Shown in pieces: positions 42,002 through 52,801 of a stretch of 64,000 bases of DNA. The stretch's first letter is position 1, and every line of letters starts with the position of its first letter. Source of the stretch: an uncultured Chthonomonadaceae bacterium (GTDB lineage Bacteria; Armatimonadota; Chthonomonadetes; Chthonomonadales; Chthonomonadaceae). A program made the position numbers and the translations under genes. Location: contig CAWFQB010000011.1 in NCBI GenBank assembly GCA_963817895.1, forward strand, positions 160,001 through 224,000, given 5' to 3'. Under the pieces are notes generated by a model. That model searched no databases, was not told the DNA's origin, and worked only from the letters and a program-made list of their open reading frames with translations.

Positions 42002-43351
42002 ATGTCACATGGTTTGGACTCGGAAATTCAAAATTCAACATCCAACAGCGAGACGCCTTCAGGCTGGCTCGGCTGGTATCAGCGCGTTCCCCTGTTTGCG
42101 CGTATTTTGATTGCGCTTGTGCTTGGAGTTATTGCCGGGGAGTTGATGGGATCACACGCGGCAATGTTCAAGCCTTTTAGCGCGGTTGTCCTCCGGCTGT
42201 TGGGCGCGCTGGCGACACCGCTCATATTTATGGCCGTTGTCCGGGCGCTGCTCAAGGCGAAAATCAGCGGGCGCGCCGGAATGCGGCTGGTTTCCCTCCT
42301 GCTTCTCAATACGGTAGTTGCCATTGTCATTGGCCTGGCAGTGGCAAACGTCGTTCAGCCGGGCGTTCGCGCCGACATTGCCGTGACACGCGCCACTTTG
42401 TCGCAAAAGCCTTTTGATCCCGTAGAAGACCTTTTGGGCAAGATACCTGGCAGCGTGGTAAAGCCATTCGCCGACAACGATATTATGGCGATCATTCTCA
42501 TCGCGCTCGCCATTGGCATCGGGCTGAGAAAAGTGGGTCAGCAGCAGGAAAGCGAATTGGCGAATGAGAGCGTATCGGCGCAGGAACGCAGCGCGATTCC
42601 CATCATAGAGGCTTTTCTGGATACGGGTTTCCGCCTGGTGATGGTGATCCTGCACTGGATACTGGAACTGGTTCCCTTTGCTGTTTTTGGCGTGGTCGCC
42701 CAGAAGGTGGGCATGGAGGGTATCGGCGCGTTCAAGCCGATGCTGTGGTTCATCTTCGCCGTTCTGCTCGCGCTCGGCCTGCAAACGCTGTACTATCTGG
42801 CCCGCGTTCGATTCGGCTCCTGGGTGCGCCCCGGACAGTTTCTCAAAGGTGGCTCCGAAGCGTTGCTGATGGCGTTCTCAACCGCGAGTTCCGCCGCCAC
42901 GCTTCCCATCACGTACCATTGCATGAGAGACAAAATCGGCGTTCGGGAAGACTCGGTCAGCCTGGGGGTGATGGTCGGGGGCGCGTTCAATCACGATGGA
43001 ACCGCGCTGTATGAGGCGATGGCGGCCCTGTTCATTTCTCAGGTCATCGGCAGGCATTTAGGATTGGGCGAGCAGTTGCTTGTAGTCTTCATGGCCGTAA
43101 CCGCGTCGGTCGGCGCAGCCGGTATTCCCGAAGCCGGACTTGTCACGATGATGGCCGTCTTCACCGCCGTCAGGCTCCCCGTAGAAATGATACCCATGCT
43201 GCTGACGGTTGACTGGTTCCTCGACCGCTGCCGAACGGCTATCAACGTCATGGGGGATATGAGCGTTACCTGCATCCTCGATGGCAAAACCGCAGCCGCG
43301 CCGGTAGTGGCAGAAGTTCACGAGTTTGCGGTCGGGGCGCAAACCGCCTGA
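42002..43351 (+). CDS. Dicarboxylate/amino acid:cation symporter (DAACS)
   Basis: 'AFSTASSAATLP', 'NHDGTALY', 'SVGAAGIP' and 'DWFLDRCRTAINVMGD'. Confidence 0.93.
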   Translation: MSHGLDSEIQNSTSNSETPSGWLGWYQRVPLFARILIALVLGVIAGELMGSHAAMFKPFSAVVLRLLGALATPLIFMAVVRALLKAKISGRAGMRLVSLLLLNTVVAIVIGLAVANVVQPGVRADIAVTRATLSQKPFDPVEDLLGKIPGSVVKPFADNDIMAIILIALAIGIGLRKVGQQQESELANESVSAQERSAIPIIEAFLDTGFRLVMVILHWILELVPFAVFGVVAQKVGMEGIGAFKPMLWFIFAVLLALGLQTLYYLARVRFGSWVRPGQFLKGGSEALLMAFSTASSAATLPITYHCMRDKIGVREDSVSLGVMVGGAFNHDGTALYEAMAALFISQVIGRHLGLGEQLLVVFMAVTASVGAAGIPEAGLVTMMAVFTAVRLPVEMIPMLLTVDWFLDRCRTAINVMGDMSVTCILDGKTAAAPVVAEVHEFAVGAQTA

Positions 43352-43397
43352 CAAAACGAGTGAATAGTGGAAAGTGGATAATAGAAGGAGGTGTCCT

Positions 43398-44366
43398 ATG
43401 GACTGGCTGTTTCATAATCCCATTGGCGAGATGTATGGCCCAACGTTTCTGATGGTCTACGGCATTGTGATTGTAACCACGCTGACTGCCTGTTACCATG
43501 CTGCGCGATGGAACAGCGCGGGAGGAAACGCTCCGCCTTCCGTACCCGCCAACCCCGACCCGTATGAGATCGCGTATCTGCGCGGCAGTGAGAATGAAGT
43601 GATACGGCTGGCGATTTTCCGTTTGATGCAGGCCGGGTATTTGCAGGCGGCTGGCGACAGGGCAGATAAACTCCGCAGTGTCGATTCGCCCGTTTCTGCC
43701 CGCGCATTGTCCGCGATAGAAGCGCAGGTACTGGCCTATTTCAGCGCGCCGCGTGGGGCAGGGGAGATATTCGCGTCTGCGTTGCCCGGACGTATCCGAG
43801 AGTCGTGCGGCGACTATGAGGAGTGGTTGAGCGCGGCAGGGTTGCTGAACGGGCGACAGGCCGACGAACACGCCCGCCGCGTCTTCTGGATCGGCGCGAT
43901 GGCGATCTTCGGATTGGGAAGTTACAAACTGGTGGCGGCAGTGAACAACGGCCACTACAACATCGGCTTCCTGATTGTCATGGGAGTAATTTCGCTGCCG
44001 CTGCTGATAGGCGTTTGCCATCTGCCGCGCCTGAGCGCGTCGGGGAAACGGTATCTGGAACAATTGCAAATCGCGTTCAGCGGCTTGCGAACACGCCTGT
44101 CGGACGACAAGTTAAATGGCAGAGACGATGAGCAGGTGCTGTCTGTAGCCCCTCTCGCGCTGGCCGTGTTCGGAGTTGGCGTTCTGGCGGCCACGCCCTA
44201 TACGGATTATCATCAGATGTTCCAGAAGGCGGCAAACGCGCCCGTGAGCGCGGGGGGCTGTGGCGGCGCAAGCAGTTGTGGTGGAGGGGGTTGCGGTGGA
44301 GGCGGCGGGTGCGGCGGTGGTGGTTGTGGTGGTGGTGGCTGCGGGGGGTGTGGCGGCGGAGGGTAA
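43398..44366 (+). CDS. TIGR04222-like membrane protein with a Gly/Cys-rich C-terminal tail
   Basis: 'MYGP.FL..Y', 'DPYEIAYLRG', 'HYNIGFL', several TM helices and the tail GGCGGASSCGGGGCGGGGGCGGGGCGGGGCGGCGGGG; AAGGAGG RBS. Confidence 0.85.
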   Translation: MDWLFHNPIGEMYGPTFLMVYGIVIVTTLTACYHAARWNSAGGNAPPSVPANPDPYEIAYLRGSENEVIRLAIFRLMQAGYLQAAGDRADKLRSVDSPVSARALSAIEAQVLAYFSAPRGAGEIFASALPGRIRESCGDYEEWLSAAGLLNGRQADEHARRVFWIGAMAIFGLGSYKLVAAVNNGHYNIGFLIVMGVISLPLLIGVCHLPRLSASGKRYLEQLQIAFSGLRTRLSDDKLNGRDDEQVLSVAPLALAVFGVGVLAATPYTDYHQMFQKAANAPVSAGGCGGASSCGGGGCGGGGGCGGGGCGGGGCGGCGGGG

Positions 44367-44444
44367 GAAAGCGGAAAATGGCAGACTTGTTTGCTATTTC
44401 ATTCTTATTCAAATGATTAGTTGAAACAGCGCGAAAGGAACATT

Positions 44445-45353
44445 ATGCGGCAGGAGGTTGCTTTGCAAACTAAGGGCAGGATGGCAGCGGCAGACGCGCC
44501 ATTTGTGGGAATACAAACACAGAATTCGGCTCTGCCTGTTCTGGGTGTCGGGCTTGGGATGCGCGAACCGTTTCTGAGCGACATATTCCTGCATCGGCAG
44601 GAGATAGATTTTCTGGAAATTATCGCCGACCACTATTTTGAGGCCACGCCGCGCAAAGCGGAAGAATTGGAACTGCTGCGGGCGCATTTCCCGCTTGTGC
44701 CGCACGGTCTGGATTTGTCGCTCGGCAGCGCGGACGGGCTGGACAGTTCATATCTGGAACGCATGGCAAAACTGGTGAATGCTCTCAATCCGCCCTGGTG
44801 GAGCGAACATATCGCGTTTACCAGAGCCGGGGGCGTGGACATCGGGCATTTGTGCGGGATGCCGTTTACTCGCGAAGCGCTGGATACCCTCTGCCGCAAC
44901 ATCAGGCAGGCGCAGGAACAGATTGCCGCGCCCCTGATTCTGGAAAATATCACGTATACGATGCAATGGCCGGACGCGGAAATGAGCGAATCGCAATTTC
45001 TGACGGAACTGGTCACGCGAACGGATTGCGGCCTGCTCCTCGACATCACCAATCTGTACACCAATGCGGTAAACTGGGGTTACGACCCCTGCACGTTTCT
45101 AAATGAGTTGCCGCTGGAAAAAGTGGTTCAATTCCATTTTGTCGGCGGCGAGTGGCAGGGCAATGAGTTGATTGACAGCCATTCGCAGGCCACGCCGCCC
45201 GAAGTGTGGCAGCTGATGGAAGAAGCCTGCAAGCGTACATCAGTCAAAGGTATCCTGCTGGAGCGCGACGAAAACCTGCCGCCGTTCGGGGAAATCACTG
45301 GCGAACTGGCGCGGGCAAAGGAGATTGGAAGGCGGCAGGGGAAATGGGATTGA
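44445..45353 (+). CDS. DUF692 multinuclear non-heme iron-dependent oxidase (MNIO)
   Basis: 'GVGLGMR', 'LEIIADHY', 'HGLDLSLGS', 'WSEHIAF', 'LILENI', 'LLLDITNLYTN', 'HFVGG', 'IDSH' and 'LLERD'. Confidence 0.93.
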   Translation: MRQEVALQTKGRMAAADAPFVGIQTQNSALPVLGVGLGMREPFLSDIFLHRQEIDFLEIIADHYFEATPRKAEELELLRAHFPLVPHGLDLSLGSADGLDSSYLERMAKLVNALNPPWWSEHIAFTRAGGVDIGHLCGMPFTREALDTLCRNIRQAQEQIAAPLILENITYTMQWPDAEMSESQFLTELVTRTDCGLLLDITNLYTNAVNWGYDPCTFLNELPLEKVVQFHFVGGEWQGNELIDSHSQATPPEVWQLMEEACKRTSVKGILLERDENLPPFGEITGELARAKEIGRRQGKWD

Positions 45354-46040
45354 GCGAGATGCAGCGCGGACTGGCCCTCCTGTTGACGGATGCAGACATG
45401 CGCGAACGGTTTGCCGCCGATCCGCGAGGCGTAGAGCAGACACTGAACTTGAGCGCGGAAGAAATGGCGCAACGGGCGTTGCCGGCAGGCGCGGAGGTGG
45501 AACGCTTCGCCTGTTCGCTGCGCGCAAAGCGGTGGAACGAGATTCAAAAGTTGCTGCCGATTTCCACTCAGGGGGCGCAAAGCGTTGGGGTTCCGTTGCG
45601 GCGCGCGTTTTTGCGATTCGCGCAGGGGTATGTGCCGCAGGGAAGCAAGCGTCACGCGCAGGACGCGCTTGCTTTCGCCGATTGGGTAGGGCGGCAGCCG
45701 AAAGAAACGTTTCAAGATGCTGTCGGTACACATCATAAGGCGAACGCCGCATGGCTGCCCGACTTGATACGCTACGAGGCGGCGTGGCTGGAAATGCAGA
45801 TCACGCCCGCGCGCTTCTGGATGTTGCGCCGATTTTCGTATCCCGTTCCCCTGCTGGCGCGCGCTCTGTCCCAATCTCAACCAGGGGACGCGACATTGGA
45901 GAGTTTACTACCCGGTCAATTATCCGCCCGAACCATTTTTATTATCTGGCTGCGCCTGTCGCCGAATGGCAGGCTGCGCAACTGTAAGTTTGTCTCTGCC
46001 CGCGCCCGCCGCAAGTTCCGCCGCGCTGAAGATCTCATAA
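45344..46040 (+). CDS. MNIO partner protein (DUF2063/RRE-like role); 3' end uncertain
   Basis: Start overlaps the MNIO stop; 'MQRGLALLLTD...R.RF..DP', 'FA.SL..KR' and 'DLIRYEAAWL...F.YPV'. Confidence 0.7.
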
Positions 46041-46057
46041 AATATAAGGAAAAATCC

Positions 46058-47293
46058 ATGTTTCTGCTGAATTCCCGTTTCCATTGTCTGGCTTTTACGT
46101 CTGCGCTGTTGCTGTCGCTGTCCGGCTTGCCGGTTCGGGCGGAAGAGCCGTTCGCGTCCGGCAGTTTCCAATCCGCCTGCGCCCTTGCGGGCAAAACCAA
46201 ACGCATTGTTGTCGTGGATTTTTATACGACGTGGTGCGGGCCGTGCAAAAAGCTGGATGAGACGACGTGGAAAGACAAGACCGTACGGGCGTGGCTGACA
46301 CAAACCGCTATCAGTCGCAAGGTAGACGCGGAAAAGCAGACCGCGCTGGCGGCCAAATACAAAATCGGCGCGTATCCCACCATTCTGCTGCTCAAGCCCG
46401 ATGGAACCGAGATTGACCGCCTGATAGGGTTTCTCGACCCCAAAACGTTTCTCACGGAAGTGAAACAGGCGCTTGCGGGGAAGGACAGCATCGCCCGCGC
46501 CAGATTGAAAATGAACGCCAAAGGCAAGGATGACGCGATGGAGCGGATGAACTACGCCGACGCGCTGGCGCAGAAAGGCCGCAATGCCGACGCGCTTAAA
46601 GAGTATCTATGGTGTCTGGATGAGGGCAACAAGCATACTCCGGGCTTTTACGGCGTCCGGCTCTCGTTTCTGTTGAGCGACATTATGCGACTCGGCGAGC
46701 AATACCCGCCCGCGCTGACGGCTCTCAAACAGCGCCGGGACGCGGCTCGCGCCGCCCTTATAAAAGGTTCCGCCGACACCGACATTGCGGCGGATTTCGC
46801 TTCATACAATGAAAACCTGGGGCAGCAGGCGGATACCCTGACCGTTTACGACCGCATCAAATCCCAAAAATCGCAGGCTTCCACGTCTCTGTTTCGTTCC
46901 ATTTCCCCCCTGCTTTTGGAACAGAAACGCTATGATGACCTGATTGACGGAACCGTAAACCTTTCGGCGTATATGGATATGGAACTTGCCACTTTCAAAC
47001 TGATGAGCGCGAACGCGCAAATAGACAAGCGAACCGTCGCGTATATGAAGGGGGAACTGGTGAAATCCATGGGCGGCTACTACGAGGCGCTGTTGGGAAC
47101 CGATAAAACGACGGAAGCGGACGAATTGCGCGACAAACTGCTGGCGTTCGATGGCGGCGCGGCCACGTATGGCGAGTTGATGCGCCATGCCACGCGGGCA
47201 GGCAAGCCCGAAGCCGCGCAGAAGCTGAAAGAAGCCGCCAAAACCGCGCTTAGCGCTGACGGCTATGCCCAACTGGAAAAAGCGCAACCCTGA
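46058..47293 (+). CDS. Exported thioredoxin-domain protein with a helical/TPR-like C-terminus
   Basis: Own AAGGA RBS and ATG, signal peptide ending 'VRA', 'VDFYTTWCGPCK' and 'YPTILLL'. Confidence 0.82.
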   Translation: MFLLNSRFHCLAFTSALLLSLSGLPVRAEEPFASGSFQSACALAGKTKRIVVVDFYTTWCGPCKKLDETTWKDKTVRAWLTQTAISRKVDAEKQTALAAKYKIGAYPTILLLKPDGTEIDRLIGFLDPKTFLTEVKQALAGKDSIARARLKMNAKGKDDAMERMNYADALAQKGRNADALKEYLWCLDEGNKHTPGFYGVRLSFLLSDIMRLGEQYPPALTALKQRRDAARAALIKGSADTDIAADFASYNENLGQQADTLTVYDRIKSQKSQASTSLFRSISPLLLEQKRYDDLIDGTVNLSAYMDMELATFKLMSANAQIDKRTVAYMKGELVKSMGGYYEALLGTDKTTEADELRDKLLAFDGGAATYGELMRHATRAGKPEAAQKLKEAAKTALSADGYAQLEKAQP

Positions 47294-47412
47294 TTGCGGC
47301 AAGCCGGAAACCAATCCGTCGTGAAAAGGCGTCCTGTAAAGCGAAATCCAAAGCGTTGTGCTTCGCCGCGCGTTGCGGCGAAGCAGCGGGCAAGACCTGC
47401 TTGCCGGAACAG

Positions 47413-48624
47413 TTATCGGGATGGAATAATGCGTACTTCGCAGGGGCCAAGTTCGACCCGGCCCTGACTTTCCTGCGGTAGCTGGAAGCTTGTTGGCGTT
47501 TTGCGCGTATTCACCAGTACCGTGAAGGCTTCCTTTCCCAGCGTTTTTGTGAACGCGATCACGTCGTCGTTTCCGAATTCGCGCATCTCTCCCCGCCGCA
47601 GGGCTTCATGAGCGTTCACGAGGTGAAGCAACGCGGTGAATCGGCGCAAATCAGCCTGCCCGGTATGCCAATTCAGCCGGGAGCGCGTGAAAATAGGGAT
47701 CGCTTCCGGCCAGGCGATCTCTTCGCCATTATATACCAGAGGGTTGCCGCCATACAGGGCGGCAAGGGCAAAGGCCGCGTACGCGCCCTCACTGCTTCCA
47801 TATACGGAAACCGGGGAAGCGGCCACGCTTTCATCGTGATTGGTGGCGTAGTGCATCATCGGACGACCTCCCTCCTTCCGCAACGCTTCCCGAAGGCGCG
47901 AGGCGGGTTTGCCACGTCCGATTACCTCTTTAAGAGCCGCGCAGAAATCCCAGGCATACACGTAATCGAAGCCGGATTGATAATGATCCGGGCGAGCGCC
48001 TTCGGCAAGCAACAGCAGTTTCTTCGTGGAATGGGCGTGCAGGGACGTGATCAACGGCTGCCAGAAATCGCGAGAAATGAAGTCGGCGGCATCGCAGCGA
48101 AAACCATCCACATCCGCATTGTCGAGCCAGAACTCCATGCATCGGGCCATCTCCGCGCTCATCGCGGCGTTGTTGTGATCGAGTTGCGCGACATCTTGCC
48201 AGACAGTCCCCGGCGGAATAATCGCGTTCCCCGCCGCGTCCTGCCGATACCACTCTTTATGCTGAGACAGCCAGGGATGATCCCACGCCGTGTGGTTGGG
48301 AACCCAATCGAGGATTACGGCAAGTCCGAGGCCATGCGCGCGCTTTACAAAGCGTTGCAGATCGGTCAGGCTGCCAAGAGCGGGATTGACGCGGGTATAG
48401 TCGGCGACCGAGTAGGGCGACCCCAGGCCGCCGGCGGACCGTACCTGGCCCACAGGATAGATCGGCATCAGCCACACGACCGTCGCGCCGAGTTTACGAA
48501 TGGCGGGTAGCCTTGCTTCCGCGCCATTCAGATCGCCCGTAGACGAAATGGCGCGAAAGTTCACTTCGTAAAAGACCTCCTGCGTTGCGGCGCGGGAGGC
48601 AAGCGGCCACAGAATCAGCGCCAT
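47413..48624 (-). CDS. Alpha-amylase family GH13 protein (start uncertain)
   Basis: 'WLMPIYP', 'LDWVPNHT', 'DGFRCDAAD', 'LLAEG' and 'NHDE'. Confidence 0.9.
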   Translation of the reverse strand: MALILWPLASRAATQEVFYEVNFRAISSTGDLNGAEARLPAIRKLGATVVWLMPIYPVGQVRSAGGLGSPYSVADYTRVNPALGSLTDLQRFVKRAHGLGLAVILDWVPNHTAWDHPWLSQHKEWYRQDAAGNAIIPPGTVWQDVAQLDHNNAAMSAEMARCMEFWLDNADVDGFRCDAADFISRDFWQPLITSLHAHSTKKLLLLAEGARPDHYQSGFDYVYAWDFCAALKEVIGRGKPASRLREALRKEGGRPMMHYATNHDESVAASPVSVYGSSEGAYAAFALAALYGGNPLVYNGEEIAWPEAIPIFTRSRLNWHTGQADLRRFTALLHLVNAHEALRRGEMREFGNDDVIAFTKTLGKEAFTVLVNTRKTPTSFQLPQESQGRVELGPCEVRIIPSR

Positions 48625-48791
48625 TATAAGAAAGCGGAAAGCCGCGCAAGTCCATCGCTTGTTCGAGCCTTTTATCTTCTTCGTTCGGTTCGCGAACACG
48701 CTTCCACTCTCCTTTTCCACAGAACAAATCACCTGTGAAGTAATATACCCCATACACGGGGCTGACAGTTTCCGGGGCGGGTTGATACGGC

Positions 48792-48820
48792 TTGACATCA
48801 GGGACGCTATCCGCTACAAT
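48792..48820 (+). promoter_or_regulatory. Sigma70 promoter of the TPR gene
   Basis: TTGACA-17 nt-TACAAT. Confidence 0.75.
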
Positions 48821-48871
48821 ACTAGAGTGAATTGGCCTATTTCTTGAGAATTGTACGGAGAGTGTTTACCC

Positions 48872-51800
48872 ATGAGTTTAACTTCCGCGCGTCCCCCCGC
48901 TTGATACTGGCCGCGCTGGCCGCCTGCTGTCTGTCCCCCGCAGTCGGGGCGCAAAATAAGCCCGCGTCCCCGCCCCCGCGCCCCCCGGCGCGCGCTCGCC
49001 GGGAACCAACGCGCAGGGGACGCCCGCGCCGCCCGCGATTACGCCCGAAATCCAGAAAAGCCATCGCGCAGTTTCAAACCGCCGCGAAATTTCAGCAGGA
49101 GCGCAAAATTCCGCAGGCGATTGCCGCGTATCAGGAGTTTCTCCGGCTTGGCGCGCAGGCCAAAATGAGCGACAGCATGATGCTGCCCGCGTATGACAAC
49201 CTGTTTCGCCTGTACCAGTCGCGGCAGGACGCGAAGGGCATGGAATCCACGCTCGGCCACCTTGCCCAATCCATGCCGCAAAATCCGGGTATTCAGGTGG
49301 AGTACGCCCTGCTGTATCTGGGACAGAAACGCTTTGACGAGGCGGAAAAAAGCGCGGATAAAACGCTGACATTGAAGCCGCCCCCGCCGCTTGGCAGCGC
49401 AGGCGCATTTTGTTAAGGGCGCTGTCGCCCATACCCGCAAGCAGTGGAGCGTGGCGGAAAAAGAGTACGCACCTCCCTGACGCTGGTTCCGGGCAACCCG
49501 CAAGTGTTGTTCAATCTGCTTCAAGCGCAAAACGAAGAGAAGAAGACCCTTCCGGCCATTAAAACGGCGGAAAAACTGGTGAAAGTCGCGCCCCGCATGG
49601 TTCCCGCGTGGCTGCTGCTGGCGACTCTGCGGCAGCAGAACAAAGATTTGCCCGGCGCGATTTCCGCTTACAACGGCGCGTTGAAAGCCGAACCCAACAA
49701 CCGAGTCGCCCTGTTCAACCGCGCCCTGCTCGCGCAGCAGTTGCTGCGCGTGGATGAGGCTATCAGCGGATATGCCGCGTATCTGGAAATCGCGCCCGAC
49801 GATTTTACCGCCCACTACAATTTGGGGCTGCTGTATGCGGAACTGCGCAACTACGCGGGAGCGCGCAAACATTTCGGCGCGGCGGCAGGCGTAAAGCCCA
49901 AAGAGGCCCGCGCGCTGTATCAGTGGGCGTTGAGTGAGCGCGAAGCCGGGTTTGCCCTGCCGGCGGAAGCCCCCGAACAAACTTGCTTGCGCAGTCCGTC
50001 GTTCACTTCAAACAGGCCATCGCGCTGGAGCCGAAGAATGTAGACATGCAGGACCAACTCGCCGCCCTGTATGAGCGCGACAACCACTTTGAGGAGGCCG
50101 TCGCGCTGTTCAAGCAGCGGCAGGCGCAAGACCCGGATAATCCTGAAACCTATCAGCGGCTGACTACGGCGTATACAGGGATGCGGCGACTGGACGACGC
50201 CATTGCCGAGTGGCGCAAATACCGCAGCCGCAAGCCCAACGACCCCCTATCCTATGGCGAAATCGCCAAACTGTGGGAGGGCAGCAGCAAATGGCAGGAG
50301 GCGCGCGACGAGCGGCTGGAACAGATCAAACTGGACCCGAAAGACGGCGTTGCCAAACTCAGCCTTGCCCACGATTACAGCCAACTGAAGCAGCCCGACA
50401 ACGCGGCTTCCGAGTACCGGCTGGTACTGGATTTGGACGTGAGCGCGAAGGATATTGGCGACAGGGAGCGTATGTATATCGCCGCCGCTCGCCGCAACTG
50501 GCGCGTGAAAGCGTGGCAGGGGCTGTCGGAAATCTCCTCAGACGCGGGTAAATACGAGGATGCGATTGCCTATCTGCGCAACGTGCAGGAGGATGCGATA
50601 CAGCAGGCGAAGCGCGACCAGAAACCCGCCGACGCGCAAACGTATCTCGACATCGCCAACCTGTACGAACGCGCCAACCAGTCCGAACCGGCGCGTAAAG
50701 AGTTGAAAGCCCTGACCGATATGCGCCCGGACGATGCCGTAGTGTTTGCCGCGCTGTCCGATTTCGAGGAGCGGCACGGGCAGACCGAGGCTGCTGTCAC
50801 GGCTCTGCGTCGGGCCGAAGAGCGCGCCGCCGACCCGGTTGTTTACGGCCTGCAAATCGCCGGTTTGTACCGGAAGCACAACCTGCCTGACAAAGCCATT
50901 GCGGAATACGTGCGCCTGCTGGAAAAACACCCGAAAGAGGCGCGAATTGAGGAGCCGTATGCCGCGTATCTTGGGCAGGCGGGCAACGATTCTCGCGCCC
51001 TCGTCCTGTACGATGCGCTGCTGAAGGCCAATCCGAAAGACATACAACTGCTGGACAAAAAGGCCAACGCGCTGACTCGCCTGAAACGCTACCCAGAAAG
51101 CATCGCGGTACGCGAAAAAATTGTGGACGCGCAGCCGGAAGTGTATCAGGGGTATGCCGCCCTGTTGAATCTGTACACGTTGGAAAACAGGCCGGAAGCG
51201 TACCGGCAGTGGCTTGGCAGCCGCGTGGAAAAAGACCCCGGCAATCTGCCCGCGATGGCCGCTCTCGTGGATGCGTACGAGCAGCAAAAAATGGACGACG
51301 AGGGCTGGAAACTGGTTCGGGGCATTGTTCAAAAGCACAGGAGCGACCCCGAAGTTCAGCAAACCTTTGTTAATGTGCTTTCGCAGCATAACCGGATGGA
51401 GGAGGCCATCGGCGTACAGCGCGAAATGGCGCATTTGAGGCCCAACGATCTGGACGCGCATATCAAACTGGCCGACCTGCTGGCAGGCAGCGGCAATCCG
51501 GGCGAAAGCAACAAAGTGTTTCTGACTATGAGCGACGACGCGAATGTGTCCCTTGCGATACGGACGCAGGCGCGGCGCGTCCTCGCGAAGCGGCTGGAAA
51601 ATCAGGTCAAACTGGAAGACGCGATTGAGCAGTACAAAGCCGTCGTGAAAGCGGAACCGGGGGATTTGACCTCCACATTCGCGCTCGGACGCCTGCTGAT
51701 ACAAATGGGACACGATCAGGAAGCCATCGCCTATTACACCGAACATGCCGGGGAAACCAAATCACCCCTGCTGCGCGCGTATTATCTGGTACGATTGGGC

Positions 51801-52010
51801 GGCATTTACGAGAAGCAGGGGCATAAGGATGAGGCGCTAAAGCAGTATCACGAAGCGCAGCGCGTATATCCGCAAAATGAGGAGGTCGGTGGGGCCATTC
51901 AGCGGCTCATGCAGGCCAAGCAGGATAACAGCAAACCTTCAATCCCGAACACGGGAGATAAAAAGCCTGTCAACGCGACAAATGACACCGGAAAACCGAC
52001 AGGAAAATAG
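48872..52010 (+). CDS. Large exported TPR-repeat protein (frameshifted)
   Basis: Signal peptide and continuous TPR motifs across ORFs 48832-49416, 49444-50043 and 49983-52010. Confidence 0.8.
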
Positions 52011-52054
52011 CAGCGATAAGAAGTAATAACCACAGGCGGTAACAACCTGACCGA

Positions 52055-52771
52055 ATGGCGGCGCAGTTCAACGTGGAACCTCGAAACATCAGGCGGGACA
52101 AAATCGGGTGGCTGTCGGCAACCCTGTTGAGCATGGTCTTTGCAGGTGGATGCGGACCTGCGGCCGACGACGGCAGCGGGCGACGGGCAAGCGCGCGCTC
52201 CGCTCTGGTTACGTCTGTGCCGCCGCAGGACGGGCAGGCGTTTCGTATCGGCGTCTTCGTTGCTGCTGTGGGGGGAGAGAAAGCCGTTCAGGACGCGCTA
52301 AGGCAGGCCGGGGAAGCCAATCATTTAGAAGTGGATATACAGCCGTTGGGCGCGGATGCGGCGGCGCAGGCCGCGTTGCTGGATCGCCAACCATCGCGCC
52401 GGACGGATGCGCTGCTGGTATGCGCCCTCAAACCGGCTGATCTGCAAACATTTCTACGTCAGTCTGCTGACAGGCAAATACCCGTCATGGTCGTGGAGTA
52501 TGCAGAAGCAGGTAATCTCCTGATACCCGCCAATTCTGCTGCTGCGGTTTCAACTCCGGTTGGGGCGGGCGCAAAGCAAACCGTCCCGGCTACGATCCAA
52601 AATGCTACCGCTTCGGCGCAAGATGTTGCAGGAAAGCGTGGGGCTTTGCTGACCCTGCTTCACAACGGCAAGTCTACCCGCCAACTGCTTGAAACCACGC
52701 CGCCGGAAATAGGCGCGACGGCTGTTACCGCACTGAGCGCGTACCTGCGCGGCGAAAAAATTAGTCGGTAG
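52055..52771 (+). CDS. Putative lipoprotein, degenerate periplasmic-binding-protein-like
   Basis: 'FAGGC' lipobox-like motif; 'DALLV', 'IPVMVV' and 'P.EIGATAV..L..YLRGEKI' resemble sugar-binding protein segments. Confidence 0.45.
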   Translation: MAAQFNVEPRNIRRDKIGWLSATLLSMVFAGGCGPAADDGSGRRASARSALVTSVPPQDGQAFRIGVFVAAVGGEKAVQDALRQAGEANHLEVDIQPLGADAAAQAALLDRQPSRRTDALLVCALKPADLQTFLRQSADRQIPVMVVEYAEAGNLLIPANSAAAVSTPVGAGAKQTVPATIQNATASAQDVAGKRGALLTLLHNGKSTRQLLETTPPEIGATAVTALSAYLRGEKISR

Positions 52772-52801
52772 GGTATTACTACCCACATCAGGAGAACTCA
52801 T

